From the NCBI GenBank assembly GCA_977017575.1, contig CDRNVI010000100.1:4543-68542 (forward strand): DNA of 64,000 bases, given 5' to 3'. The translations under genes and the position numbers were made by a program. The notes beneath the pieces were generated by a model. It ran no database searches. It saw only the letters and a list, made by a program, of their open reading frames with translations, and had not been told where the DNA came from. The stretch comes from Paramoeba atlantica. Taxonomy: Eukaryota; Protista; Discosea. Below are positions 22,404 through 33,917 of this stretch, in pieces (position 1 is the first letter of the stretch; every line of letters starts with the position of its first letter).

Positions 22404-22523
22404 TACATGTTCTGTAGTAAATATTTTTTTCAGTCTTTCATACAAAAAATTTGATAGGAAGTGCCAAGCGAATATTATGTTTCTTTGGCAGGCTTTTCCT
22501 TTTTTTCTTCTTTGTGAATATTA

Positions 22524-24203
22524 ATGCCTGAAGTTCCCCAAAATGAGCCAGTTGAGGTTTCCTCTATGTGCCCTGCTTGCGAAGGAAGTGGCATGACACG
22601 AATGCTTCTCACAACTATCCCACATTTTCGCGACGTTTTACTTTCGAGCTTTAGTTGCGACGACACAAAAGAATGTGGACATACGAACCGAGAAGTACAG
22701 TTCGTGGGGACGTTTCCCCCAGAAGGCATAGAAATTACACTGTTGTGTAAAACTCGAAACGATCTCAACCGTCAAGTGGTGACATCTCCTCATGCAGAAC
22801 TTAGAATTCCTGAACTGCAATTAGAGATTCCCCCAAGTTCAAGCATGCGTGGTTCCATTCGTACAGTGGAGGGTGTCCTGAAGCAAATTTACAGCGACGT
22901 AAAGGAGAGCACGGACCAGCGAACGGATATTGGAGACGAGGAGAAGGTCGCCCTGTGTGCTTTTCTTGCTCGTGTCGAAGAGTTCATGAACCTCCGGGAC
23001 GAAACACCTAACCCTTTTACTTTGCTCATAAACGACCCCAGCGGAAATAGCAACATCGAGGCCATCTACCATACCGGAAATCTAGACCCTCAACTCTCGG
23101 AGCGGCACTTTTTCCGTACCCCTGTCCAACGTGAGGCCTTAGGACTGGCCTCCGAACCCCCTGAACCTGAATACATGGCCTCCGAGTCAACCCCTCCCCC
23201 CAAAGACACAACCCCCCAACCAAACAATAAAACGCCTTCCTCATCACCCCCTTCCTCATCACCCCCTCATCCCTCTGAGATATCCAACCCCCCACCCATC
23301 TCCACAATCCCAACAACCAACCCCACCACCACCCGTACCCCTTCCCAAAACCAATACATCAACGCGGGCCAACTCCCCCCCACGACCTCCACCACCCACC
23401 CATCCCCTACCACCACCTACCCACCCCCCACTCCCACTCCCACTCCCACTCCCACTACTACTACTACTACCGCCACCACCACCAACCACGAACTCCCTAC
23501 TCCCTCCACTCCCCCCACCCCTCCCCCCGACCCCCCCTCGGTCTACACCCTCTCCGAGTCCTGCCCCTCCTGCGCCTCCCTCGGCGCCTGCACCATCCAC
23601 CCCCTTGCCATCCCCCACTTCGGCGACGCCCTCCTCCTCGGGTACGCCTGCCCCCACTGCGGCTACCGCAGCACGGAGGTCAAGCGCGGCGGGGGGATCG
23701 CCCCGCACAAGACCCGGCTCACCCTCACCGTGCGGTCCCCCGCGGACCTGAACCGGGACGTGCTGCAGAGCGAGACCGCCCTGGTGCGGGTCCCGGGGCT
23801 GGGGCTCGAGATGCACCCCGGCGGGGGGTGGCGCTCGGGGTGCTTCACCACGCTCGAGGGGCTGCTGACCCGGATGGGGGAGACCCTCCGGGGGACCGCG
23901 GCCGCGTTCGTGGCCGGGGACAGTGGGGAGGCGGAGAGGGGGCGGCGGTGGGAGGGGCTGATGGGGGGGCTGCGGGGGCTGGCGAGCGGGGAGGGGCCGT
24001 ACCCGTTTCAGGTGGTGCTGGAGGACCCCTCGGGGAATATTTACGTGCAACGGAGGGGGAGGGAGGGGGTGGAGGTGGGGGAGAATGGGGATGAGCAGTT
24101 GGTGGAGGAGAGGATGGTGAGGACGAGGGAGGAGGATGAGGAGTTGGGGATTTTGGATATGAAGACGGAGGGGTATGAGGAGGAGGAGGAGGGGAAGGTG
24201 TGA
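22524..24203 (+). CDS. ZPR1: Zinc finger protein ZPR1 with an expanded Pro/Thr linker
   Basis: Two Zpr1 modules: CPAC..TTIPHFRDVLLSSFSC..ECGHTNREVQ and CPSC..IPHFG..CPHCGYRSTEVK; DLNRDVLQSET; FTTLEGLL. Confidence 0.9.
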   Translation: MPEVPQNEPVEVSSMCPACEGSGMTRMLLTTIPHFRDVLLSSFSCDDTKECGHTNREVQFVGTFPPEGIEITLLCKTRNDLNRQVVTSPHAELRIPELQLEIPPSSSMRGSIRTVEGVLKQIYSDVKESTDQRTDIGDEEKVALCAFLARVEEFMNLRDETPNPFTLLINDPSGNSNIEAIYHTGNLDPQLSERHFFRTPVQREALGLASEPPEPEYMASESTPPPKDTTPQPNNKTPSSSPPSSSPPHPSEISNPPPISTIPTTNPTTTRTPSQNQYINAGQLPPTTSTTHPSPTTTYPPPTPTPTPTPTTTTTTATTTNHELPTPSTPPTPPPDPPSVYTLSESCPSCASLGACTIHPLAIPHFGDALLLGYACPHCGYRSTEVKRGGGIAPHKTRLTLTVRSPADLNRDVLQSETALVRVPGLGLEMHPGGGWRSGCFTTLEGLLTRMGETLRGTAAAFVAGDSGEAERGRRWEGLMGGLRGLASGEGPYPFQVVLEDPSGNIYVQRRGREGVEVGENGDEQLVEERMVRTREEDEELGILDMKTEGYEEEEEGKV

Positions 24204-24368
24204 GGGGTGGAAACTGGCTTAGTGAAGAAAGAAGAATTTGAAAAAAAAAGTGTTTCAAAAAAGATGATTTCGGAGTGGGCGTGTATGTTGTTTAGGTAGT
24301 GGAAGGGAAGCGCATACTATTGACTTTGTATTACATGCTTTACCGTATTTTTGTCACACCTTTTCTTT

Positions 24369-25040
24369 ATGAATTTGCAGGAACTTGGTGCGGCACTACT
24401 CCCGCCTGCGAAAGAAGAAATAGATTCTTACCCAACATCGACTTCAGAGGCTGCTACAACAACTTTACCTGATGTTACAGTATCGGATTTTCCCTCACAT
24501 GCGGAACCAATTGAAGTGGAATATTGTCCAAGTTGTACACTTCCCTTTGAGTATTGCGAATATGGAGGCGTTTGGGCTTCCTGTAAGCCCCATCTGATTA
24601 AAAAAGGAATTGATGTAACCGATCGAAAAGATCGTTCTCGTAAAAAACGTGGCGCAAAGGTGCTACCGGAAAATACCGAAGAGAATGAGGAAACTGCAAA
24701 GGATGATTCAAAAGGAAAATCTTCTCATAAGAAGACTCCCTTACCCAAAATTACTATTTCTGTGCTACGAAGAAGCCGCAACAAATATGTTACGGTTCTC
24801 AAAGGACTCTTATCGTTTCCTGAAATCTCTTTAAAATCCTTTAGCAGTGATATGAAAAAACATTTCTGCTGCGGTAGTACAGTGTCAGCCGAAGGATTTG
24901 TTGAGATTCAAGGGAATGTAGCATCTCAGTTGTTTGAACTGTTGCCCCGTCGGTACGGGCCAAAGCACAATATTTCACGCACATCTCTCAGCGTGGGAAA
25001 AGTTGAGGTGGAGGGAGGAATTGTGATTCCTGAAGAATAG
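24369..25040 (+). CDS. DENR: Density-regulated protein / TMA22 (SUI1 domain)
   Basis: YCPSCTLPFEYCEYG zinc site; RRSRNKYVTVLKGL...FCCGSTV...IEIQGN SUI1 fold; first ATG at 24369. Confidence 0.85.
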   Translation: MNLQELGAALLPPAKEEIDSYPTSTSEAATTTLPDVTVSDFPSHAEPIEVEYCPSCTLPFEYCEYGGVWASCKPHLIKKGIDVTDRKDRSRKKRGAKVLPENTEENEETAKDDSKGKSSHKKTPLPKITISVLRRSRNKYVTVLKGLLSFPEISLKSFSSDMKKHFCCGSTVSAEGFVEIQGNVASQLFELLPRRYGPKHNISRTSLSVGKVEVEGGIVIPEE

Positions 25041-25330
25041 CAACAAGGCGTGGTACGAACGCTTCCCCCCAACGGAGAGAGCCCTTTCCACGAGATTTAC
25101 TTTCACAAATTCTCACATTCGACATTTTTGACAAACTTTCACACTTTCCACAATTGATTGAACTTTAAAGAGACTGGATCGACGAGTTGTGCTTGTTTTG
25201 TTCTTCAAAATATACTCGTATATAGTTTTTCATTTTTACTGGAGAAAAACTTTAAAAACACAACATCTTGTTTCAAAATTTACCCTTTTCCAATACTAAC
25301 CATTCCATTTTCTCTCTCTCTCTCCTTCCA

Positions 25331-25855
25331 ATGACCAACCCCCACGTCTTTTTCGACATCTCCATCGGCGGCACCGCGGCCGGGCGTCTCGAGTTCGAAC
25401 TCTACGCCGACGCCGTCCCGAAGACCGCAGAGAACTTCCGGGCCCTGTGCACCGGAGAGAAAGGATCCGGTCGCTCAGGCAAACCGCTGCATTTCAAAAA
25501 CAGTGCCTTCCACCGCATCATCCCTGGATTTATGTGCCAAGGCGGGGACTTCACCGCGGGGAATGGCACCGGGGGAGAGTCCATCTATGGCGCGAAATTC
25601 GCCGATGAGAGCTTTGCCGGGAAAGCGGGCAAGCACACCGGGTTCGGGTGCCTCTCCATGGCCAATGCCGGCCCCAACACGAACGGGTCGCAGTTTTTTA
25701 TATGCACCGCCCCGACGGACTGGTTGAACGGGAAGCACGTGGTGTTTGGCCAGCTGAAGTCTGGGGAGGGACTGCTGAAGCAGATGGAGGCGGAGGGCTC
25801 GCAGAGCGGGTCGACACGACGCCCGGTAGTGATTGCGGGATGTGGGCAGGTGTGA
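25331..25855 (+). CDS. CYPA: Cyclophilin-type peptidyl-prolyl isomerase
   Basis: [58 protein letters not shown]. Confidence 0.95.
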   Translation: MTNPHVFFDISIGGTAAGRLEFELYADAVPKTAENFRALCTGEKGSGRSGKPLHFKNSAFHRIIPGFMCQGGDFTAGNGTGGESIYGAKFADESFAGKAGKHTGFGCLSMANAGPNTNGSQFFICTAPTDWLNGKHVVFGQLKSGEGLLKQMEAEGSQSGSTRRPVVIAGCGQV

Positions 25856-26384
25856 AAAAAGGGATGAAGAAATGACGTGAAGGGAAAAAAGAAGAGAGTA
25901 AATAAATGTTTCTTTAAGTGTAAAAAAGTATTTTCTTTTTGTGCGGAGAAGAAAAAAGGAATAAAAAAGGAATAAAGTTTGCTGCCTTTAAACATTTCTT
26001 TTGTCAAATTTGATGCTCCGATTTTTTTTCGAAATGTTGTTTTGACGTAGGGTTTAGACTTGTAAGTAATATTCAGTGATAAGGTGAGAGTAGTTTAGGC
26101 CGAGAAACTATAGAAGTAGGACTGGTATTTTGGCTATACAGATTGTGGCACATTTGAAAAACGACACGAACTTTGGCAGATAGATCATCGGCAGATTGAC
26201 TAGTAAATAGCTAAGCTATAGTACATTGTGGCGCATTGACGAAGGAAACATTTGGTTCATATATAAGTGAATGATCAGATTTTGGCTTCATAAAAGATAT
26301 TCGAAATAGTTCAGAACTTTCCTATCTAAAAAAAGGCACGTTTTTTTATTAGTACGCTCCTTGTCTTTTTTTGATACTTAATTG

Positions 26385-26696
26385 ATGAAATTTAGAAATT
26401 ACGTTCCCATTGACCCTTCTCTTGCGGACTTCGATTCCACCGAGGCGCAAACTGAAAGTGCTGAATCCCCAAATGAAGACAATGATCCCTACCGCCGTTT
26501 TTGTTCCTTTCTTGAAGACTTCTCGAAGGAAACTGCACAAGATTCTTTTTTGAAAGACATTCTTGACTTTGGTGCTTTTTCTTCCACAGAAAGAGCTTTG
26601 CTGGGGGAAATGCATCACATTACAGAGACTTTGAAAAGTAATGAAAATGTGAGTGGTGGAAATTCTACCACCACACTGAAGGATTCAAACGTTTGA
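26385..26696 (+). CDS. Hypothetical protein with weak CCDC12/Cwf18-like N-terminal motif
   Basis: KFRNYVPIDPSL resembles the Cwf18 motif; the remainder is not recognised. Confidence 0.3.
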   Translation: MKFRNYVPIDPSLADFDSTEAQTESAESPNEDNDPYRRFCSFLEDFSKETAQDSFLKDILDFGAFSSTERALLGEMHHITETLKSNENVSGGNSTTTLKDSNV

Positions 26697-26820
26697 AAAC
26701 GTATTTGGTGAGTGAAATTTTTTATTGCGTTACTTTGAGATAGAAGGGATCAATTTTTTTTCCCTTCTTTGTGTTATTAACTAAAATCGTTATTTGATTC
26801 ACGTTTTTACACCACAAGTC

Positions 26821-27408
26821 ATGAACACTGAAGACGCTCCCACACCTTTGAGTCGCGCTGGACGAACGAGAGGCTGCCAATTTCCGCAAGAATTTGACAT
26901 CATGCAATTTATTAAGAACGTCTCATGTGTCCACAGTTCATGGACGAATGAGGTTCCTGTTTGCAGTTGGGATGGAGTTGCGTGTAATAGGGATGGTAAA
27001 ATCTCAGATATCGATTGGTCCGAGCGACTTTTAAAAGGCCGTTTTCAATGGTTATATCTTCCTTCTTCCACTTTACAATTTTACGCCACAGGAAATTATC
27101 TATCTGGCAAGTTGCCTCTTGGCGCCCTGCCTCAGAATTTTCAAATTCTGAATATCGGTAAAAATGCCCATTTTGGGGAGCTTGACTTTACCCAACTTCC
27201 ACCTTTAATGGATACCCTCTTTCTTTTTGAGAATTTTTTCACGGGTGTGGTTGATTTTTCAAAGCTTCCCTCTACACTCCGATTTCTTAATGTGAACGAG
27301 AATTCTGGACTTGAAGGAGTATTGAACCTATCAGAAATAGGAGATGATCTTTGCCTCTCAATAAAAGGAACACAGATTCGAATTGTCGTACCGGATTCTG
27401 AACAGTAG
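26821..27408 (+). CDS. Short LRR protein
   Basis: CSWDGVACN cap; LPQNFQILNIGKNAHFGELDF; first ATG at 26821. Confidence 0.8.
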   Translation: MNTEDAPTPLSRAGRTRGCQFPQEFDIMQFIKNVSCVHSSWTNEVPVCSWDGVACNRDGKISDIDWSERLLKGRFQWLYLPSSTLQFYATGNYLSGKLPLGALPQNFQILNIGKNAHFGELDFTQLPPLMDTLFLFENFFTGVVDFSKLPSTLRFLNVNENSGLEGVLNLSEIGDDLCLSIKGTQIRIVVPDSEQ

Positions 27409-27719
27409 AAATTCTCCCCAAAAATTGCACATAAATTTTAGAGCAATAAAAACGACGCATTGCGTTAATCGCTGCATTGTTCTTACTCGACCTCTATATA
27501 AAAAAGTCCTAAAAGAATAACTAGAACGAACGGTTTGCCATTTTGTTCTCTTCCTGCCAAATTCCCAATAAAGATTTTTTTTAGATTCCTTCCTTGAAGG
27601 ATTAGAAAAAAATCATCTCCCATGCTCATTTTTATTGCTTGCGATGCAATAAAAAAGTATCGAAACCGTTTTTTAAAACCTAGCTCAATCCATTTCTTCA
27701 CATCTTTTCTCACATCACC

Positions 27720-29588
27720 ATGTCTACCCCCGCGGACGTCACCACACCTCTCAGACCCACACCAACCCAAATTCCTCCCAATTCACTTCCCCTTAACTCC
27801 CCGATAGCAGCCACGGAAGCCCCCACTCACCCCTTCCCCCCTGTATTGTACTATCCTCTCCCCACGACCACGCTGCCTCCCTTTTCAGCTCCTCCGCATA
27901 CGAGTGCGTTTTCCCCATTTCCGCTATCGATGCCTCAGGGATTTTATCCACAAGGAAATTTTGTTCCCGATGCTCGTTGGCTATATCCCATGATGTCTTC
28001 CGCTTCGTCAAGTCTCTTACCCGCACAGGAACCTGAAAAATTAGTTTCGCAAAATGCTTCACATTCCCGTTCTGTTGCGCTGGAAAGTTTTATTTTGGAT
28101 TATTTACATCGCAATGGGCTTGAAAAAGCCCATGCGTTGTGTACGGAGAGCTTTCACACGGAAGAAAAAAATAGACAACCCTCGAGTGTGGAAAAGCCGC
28201 TAGGGCCTTCACATTCCGCAAAGGGATCGCGAGAGCTCGATACGGAATCCTTGGCTGTTTCGCCGAGAAAAGGAAAGAAGAAGGCAGTCCAAATAACCGA
28301 CGACGATAAGGAAAATCAGAAATCGGGGATCACGTCAAAGGAAGAAACATTGAAATCATTTGGTTTATCCAGTGCCGCGGTATCAGGTAAAAGGGAGATT
28401 CAACCGGAAAATGATTTGTCAACAGCAATGGAAGTTGCACCTGAATTGCTAGGGACACACAAGACTAAGAAATCTCGTGATTCAGAAAGAATGAAAGATA
28501 ACAAAAAGCCACAAAAACAAAAAGATGAGATACCCCAGGTAAGTGGACATGAGTCGCACACCACGAAGACTATGAAATCACATTCTCCAAAATCTGCCAA
28601 AGCGACAGATGCTGAAACAAAAGCAAAACCAAAGGACATGGAGGTGAAATCAAAGCATTCTGAGCTCAGCCCCTCAGAAGAAGATTCTATTCCCTTTGTA
28701 CAATGGGAAAAAGCCCAGAACCTGCAGGCAACTTGGAAGGTGCTCCACAAAAAAGATGATGTCAGAGCTTCCGAGGACAATATTATCAGCAATGTTGAGG
28801 CGACGTCAAATTCAACCGGATGGAATTGCTTATTACCCGCAGATGTTTCTGCATCGGCCGAAGAGGTGAAAAAGAAAAAATCTAAAAACAAAGAAAGACA
28901 AGAAAACGCCTTGAGGCCTCGAACGGATATTATAATTCTCCAAGAGCAAGAAACAGCGAGCAAGAACGTTAAAAATTCAGTGATTGATAAATTCTTTTCT
29001 CCCTCTAAAAAGCCTCAGATCGCCGCCCAGCCTTCGTATGCTGAGTCTCCCGTTGAGAGAAAATCCTCCAAAGAAAAATCAAAATCAACAAAGCGCGATA
29101 GAAAACAGGGAAACCTTGAGACATCCGCCTCTAAATTACTTCTCGACGCCTCCCCGGTAGTTCTACCATCCAAGCATACAAAGAAATCGCGCATCAAAAC
29201 GGGTGTCACTTTACCAGATCCAGTGGGACTTAACTCAACACCGTCAACAAACGAAAAGCTTCCTGCAACCCGCGAAAAAGTAGAAACAAGAAATATTTCT
29301 CCCCGCAAAGCCCTGCGATTGGGTACAAAGCAAATCACTGAGGCGGTTCAGCGTAAATTCCAAGAGAGCACAAAACGCGCAGGACGTTCTTCCTCAACAC
29401 CCGAGGGCACGAGGCCTGACCGTTTATCAAACACAAAAACCCAGCCTACTTCAGGCGCACCTCAAGGGTTTTATTTAGCTGGGGAGTCAGATGGGACGGA
29501 TAGTTCTGAGTGCACATCCGATTCGGACTTGAGCTCCGATGGATCGCTTTTATTTCAAAGTCACCACGTTCAAAAAATCAAAAAATGA
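27720..29588 (+). CDS. Low-complexity K/S/E-rich protein with a LisH-like motif
   Basis: 622-aa ORF; LESFILDYLHRNGLEKAH is LisH-like; Pro-rich N-terminus. Confidence 0.55.
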   Translation: MSTPADVTTPLRPTPTQIPPNSLPLNSPIAATEAPTHPFPPVLYYPLPTTTLPPFSAPPHTSAFSPFPLSMPQGFYPQGNFVPDARWLYPMMSSASSSLLPAQEPEKLVSQNASHSRSVALESFILDYLHRNGLEKAHALCTESFHTEEKNRQPSSVEKPLGPSHSAKGSRELDTESLAVSPRKGKKKAVQITDDDKENQKSGITSKEETLKSFGLSSAAVSGKREIQPENDLSTAMEVAPELLGTHKTKKSRDSERMKDNKKPQKQKDEIPQVSGHESHTTKTMKSHSPKSAKATDAETKAKPKDMEVKSKHSELSPSEEDSIPFVQWEKAQNLQATWKVLHKKDDVRASEDNIISNVEATSNSTGWNCLLPADVSASAEEVKKKKSKNKERQENALRPRTDIIILQEQETASKNVKNSVIDKFFSPSKKPQIAAQPSYAESPVERKSSKEKSKSTKRDRKQGNLETSASKLLLDASPVVLPSKHTKKSRIKTGVTLPDPVGLNSTPSTNEKLPATREKVETRNISPRKALRLGTKQITEAVQRKFQESTKRAGRSSSTPEGTRPDRLSNTKTQPTSGAPQGFYLAGESDGTDSSECTSDSDLSSDGSLLFQSHHVQKIKK

Positions 29589-30434
29589 TCAGGTGTGTTT
29601 TCTGTGTTTCATGCTTCAATTCTTTGTTTAAGCCATTCACTAGGCATTATTCTGTTTATGTAACATTGTTCCTTAGCTTTTAGAAGTTTTCTGTGGATCT
29701 TTCCATTAGATATATTTGATCTTGTAAGCATTCTTCCGAATTTTTGCGCGTTGTAATGCTCGTTTAGAAGTTTCGTTAAACCCGGTGGTTGTTTTCAATG
29801 GTAAGTTCACCGGCATTGTCTGCACGTTGCTCAAAGCTACCGTTGTATTTAACGAAAAGCCTAAAAAATGGACACATGAGGGGCTGCGGGTATGATCTCA
29901 CGTGATCTCGTTTTGACATCGTCCAACCGCCCTCCCGAGCCAAATCCGCTCCCGGAGATCTCGCGTGATCTCAAGTGATCTCTTTTTGGGCCTCACTCGC
30001 AGCTCCTCACATGTGTGAGATGTTGTGGGTAACGAGCAAACTGAGATCACGCAAGCTTAAGTGTGACACCCACAACCCTTCATATGTCTACCAAGAACTG
30101 TCTTTTCTGGACGAAAAGATCTGCCATGTATGAGACGGAATTGTAGTCAAATTTTATATTTCGTTTTATTTTTGTATCCTCTTAGGTAGATATAGTACAA
30201 CTGATTATTCATAATTCTTTGCAAATTTGTGCTTGTCTGAAGTCGCCTTCGTTCAACGAATAGTCAACGACGTTGACTCTAATTTTTACGCAGTTCGTGT
30301 GTTTTTCCCTGCAGTAGAAAATCACAAGAAAGCTTTTTCCTTTAGCACACTGCAGATACTTCCTGCAGTAGCTCGCACCACTCACGCCCAGGGAAGGTGC
30401 GCGGAGCACAACTACCGCGAGAATATGACTTAAC

Positions 30435-30845
30435 ACATTTTCTGGAGGGCACTGATACTCTTAACCTTTTATGTATGTCCGTTTCCGGCTGGCGCTAGGG
30501 CCGGATACTCTTCTTTCCGTTGAAGAGGGGCCGCCGCTCCGCACACCCGTGCAGCGCGTCAGACGCGCCGAATGCCCCCGCTGGATGGACGGCGAGGAGA
30601 GCCTCTCAACGACGCTGCGTAGCCGAAAGGCTTCTTGCAGCCTCTCAACGACGCCCCCCGCAGTGGAAGTCCAGTGCCCCCTTCACCCCCCCCCCCCCCC
30701 TCATGCGCTGCAGGACCTCCCTTGAGGACCACGCAGCGTGGCCATAGGCCGAATCCCTGCGTACGACCGGCGTTGAATGCGCTGTAATGGCCGTTGATAA
30801 CGGTCGTCGTACGTCAGGCGCTCACTCTGCAGGTCTTGCCCTGTA
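30435..30845. other. GC-rich structured element; diverged homologue of 52502-53057
   Basis: Shares ATG(T/C)CCGTTTCCGGCTG and ATGCGC..CCTCCCTTGAGGACCAC..GCGTG with the 52.5-kb element; several stems including GCC-GAAA-GGC. Confidence 0.55.
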
Positions 30846-30877
30846 TGAAATATACTGTTGAAATATACTGTTTATAC

Positions 30878-32152
30878 TTAAACCTGCTCAATGTAATAAG
30901 GGTAGAGAATTTTTTCTACATATTCAAGAAACGCGCCTGTTGATATACAGGCATAACCAAAAAAATACAGGCCATAACCATGTATAATGGTTTTCCGTTT
31001 GGCATTGTACTGTGTCCGTACATGTTTGTACATGAGCTCCGCGATGGCGCTCCTTTCCATTCCAAATTACGAACGGAAGAAGAATACATCCATTAAGTGC
31101 TGCTGTAGCTACCAGCGTTGCGCTTCTTTTGTCAGCGAGTGCCATACTGCCGACTTGCAGTCCGCTCGGAGCGAGGGTACGCTCAGATAGACAATTGTAG
31201 GCTACAGCGGTTTCGTCCATATTGACAAGCAAAGACGTGAATATTTGTCCATTCCACTCTTGCCGAACTAGATCGCATATACGAAGGAGCACGTTTCTTC
31301 CGAGCTCCTCAATATTTGCGGGAAATGAACTTTGCATCGTGGCTTTGGCACTCTTAAAATAAATGTTCATTTTCTTGAGCCAAGATACAACCGTAGGATA
31401 TGAAGGACAGAAAGGCGCAATAAGTTCTGTACTTTCACTGTTGAGTGAATCGTTTTCTTTTTGATTTTCGAGAGATGCATCTAATATTTTAGAAACTATA
31501 TCCTTCCATTCTTCACTAGGTTCTCGCAAGGTCTCGCTCATTACAACCCAAAGAAGACATTTGCTCACTGGAATGCCATGAAGGCATAATTCAAGCAGTA
31601 GTGCACTAATAAGATCCACATAATGAGAGAATATGCTTGGGCGCTTGTTGTTGATTGTCAAAGGTTGAAGAGATTGCGCGTACAAATTGCGCCTTTGCCA
31701 CCAACGACGAATACACTGATAATCGATGCGATCAGAAAATGAAAAAAAAGTTCCTTGATTCGTGGGCAAATGTTTGTCCAATGCGATCCATTAATGCTAG
31801 GCCTTCGGTTACGCACAAATATCGAGCTTCAGCTCATTAAAAAGTCAACGGCATCGCACACCGACTGCTTTACCTCTAAAGATAGGTTTTTGCGTACTGC
31901 AACTCTGTTTTCGTTTACTTCTTCCGGTTCGATTTCGACCTGCGGAAGATTATTATTTGCATGAGGATGGTGAATACCTAGTATTTGGAACTGCATTCGA
32001 TTCGTCTTTTTATCCCAAAAAAGAGGTAAACCATCTGCTTCAATAGAATGCAACTCACCGAATGATTTACACAGAATGAAGGTTCTTTCAACTCCTTCTG
32101 CTTCAGCTATACTTTTCGCCTCCGAGGCATGGAAAAGACCCACCTCCACCAT
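30878..32152 (-). pseudogene. pogo/Tc5-type (DDE_1) transposase, frameshifted and 3'-truncated
   Basis: VNMDETAV, KRSATLVATAALNG.ILLPFVIWNGK, FLEYVEKILYPY spread over three frames. Confidence 0.75.
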
Positions 32153-33002
32153 AAATTAGTTTACGGAAGCATCGATATAACTTTGTGCAAGGCGTTCGAA
32201 CGGAAAAAAACCTCTGTTGCCAAGTCATTGTTTCCGTCTCTTTCGAACAGAGAATTAAACCACCTATTTTTTTTTTAGCCAACTGAGTGCAGGACGTCCT
32301 CCTATCGACGTAAATTCGTCCATGCCACCCATTTCATGTGACATGCGTTTCCGAGGCATTTTAAAGCGATGAAACTTACTACCAAAAAAAATTATCATTT
32401 TTTAAAACACAAAACTTTTGATAAAAAAAATGCTTCGAAATGCTCAAAAAAATACCATTTATCAAAATTAATCAGAGGGGGAGCTGACCACGGATGCACC
32501 ACGGAAGAAAGTACTCATCCAAACTACCATGTGCAGAGGTCGTTTCGATGAGTACTTCCATTTTCGTCGGAGGGCGGTGATAGTAAACCATGTTCCAGGA
32601 TAGTATACCTAGTAGGTATACTAAGTGGATACGGTATACTAAATTTTGTCTAAAAAGCAGAAAAAAAATCGCGCCGTTCCTTATCTGCAGTTGCTAGAAT
32701 AATGGTGTCTTGACCTCAAAATGCGACTTCTTACCGTGTGATTGCTAGAAAAGTTGCTCTGTTGCTTCTAAAAAAGGGACGTCTCCCGCTCCTGTTGCTG
32801 GGAGGGGGGTAGATATACTAAGAGGGGTGACTCTGGGTGGGAGCGCCTAGGATATCTTTCGTCAAAATTTTCTTCCTTAGTTTCTTAATATTTTTTGCTT
32901 CAATCGGAAATACAGAAATCATGTTACTGGTATTGTTATTCTGCAGAACTTAAACGAGGGTTTCGACATGTAATAAACCATGTTAATAATACATTGTGCT
33001 TA

Positions 33003-33797
33003 GAGGGGTGACTCTGGGTGGGAGCGCCTAGGATCCCGCCTAGGATTTTTTCCAACTTTTTTTTCGTGAAAAATCCGAACTTGGCGGACCCATCCTGCGG
33101 ATACCAGGGGGGGTCACCCTCACGTGGGGGTGGAAAATTTGTTCACTTTTTTTTAATAATCGAGGGTACATCGGTAGTTAAACAACCACCGCAATACACA
33201 TAACGTTAAGGACCGTCCAACCGGTGGGATTTTCTTGGTCGAATGAGCAGAGCGTTGTAGTATCGGACTGCGTCAGGGACTCTGCTAGCTCACCCGCTAA
33301 AACTCCACTATCCCAGATTGTTAGTCCGGGACGGTCCTGACTGGAGAAACGAAGTTTTTTACGCCTCCACTCCTCTGGAGATGGGGTGGGATTCGACCAC
33401 AGCTTGCACGAGTGCAGTTCCACCTCCATCGAGGTTACAAGGTTGGCACGCGAGAAAAGGTGGTGCTAACAACGTATTCCTGGAGATGGACCTACCACGC
33501 CGTCTTACAACCCCGGAACGCGGTTAACGACTCCGCGAATAGGGGTTAAGCAGGAATAGTAATGGATAAATCCCTGCAGCTAGCTGGAAGTCCTTACTTC
33601 GGAAGGCTGGGGTCGCCATGCCCCATCACGGACGACAGCCCAACGCCGGACTCCCTTTCTTTCTCTTTGTCATGTTAGCCCAGCATGTTCCATCCAAGGG
33701 GCATTGAGGATTCCGGACCTCTTTGAGAAAAAATCATTTTACCAAGTCGGATCTCCGTAGAAGTTTACTGGGAGCGCCCGGGCAGGAGTCACCCCTC
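33003..33797. mobile_element. TA-flanked TIR element (GAGGGGTGACTC) carrying a Helitron2-like end fragment (33040-33193)
   Basis: TA at 33001-02 and 33798-99; perfect 12-bp TIR; an extra left end at ~32820. Confidence 0.6.
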
Positions 33798-33917
33798 TAA
33801 GTGGCCTTGGGACACTTAGTAATCACCCTCCCCCCTTTATAGGTTTCATTGGGCAAAAGCGAGGCTATTATAAACGGGGTGGTACAGTAACTACCGTTTA
33901 CTTGTAACTACTGTTTA

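Noticed and set aside
30660-30800. RNase P/MRP (GGAAGTCC) or 5S rRNA (GTACGACC..GAATGC) identity for the structured element
   Set aside because: Only short motifs match; the remaining conserved regions are absent.
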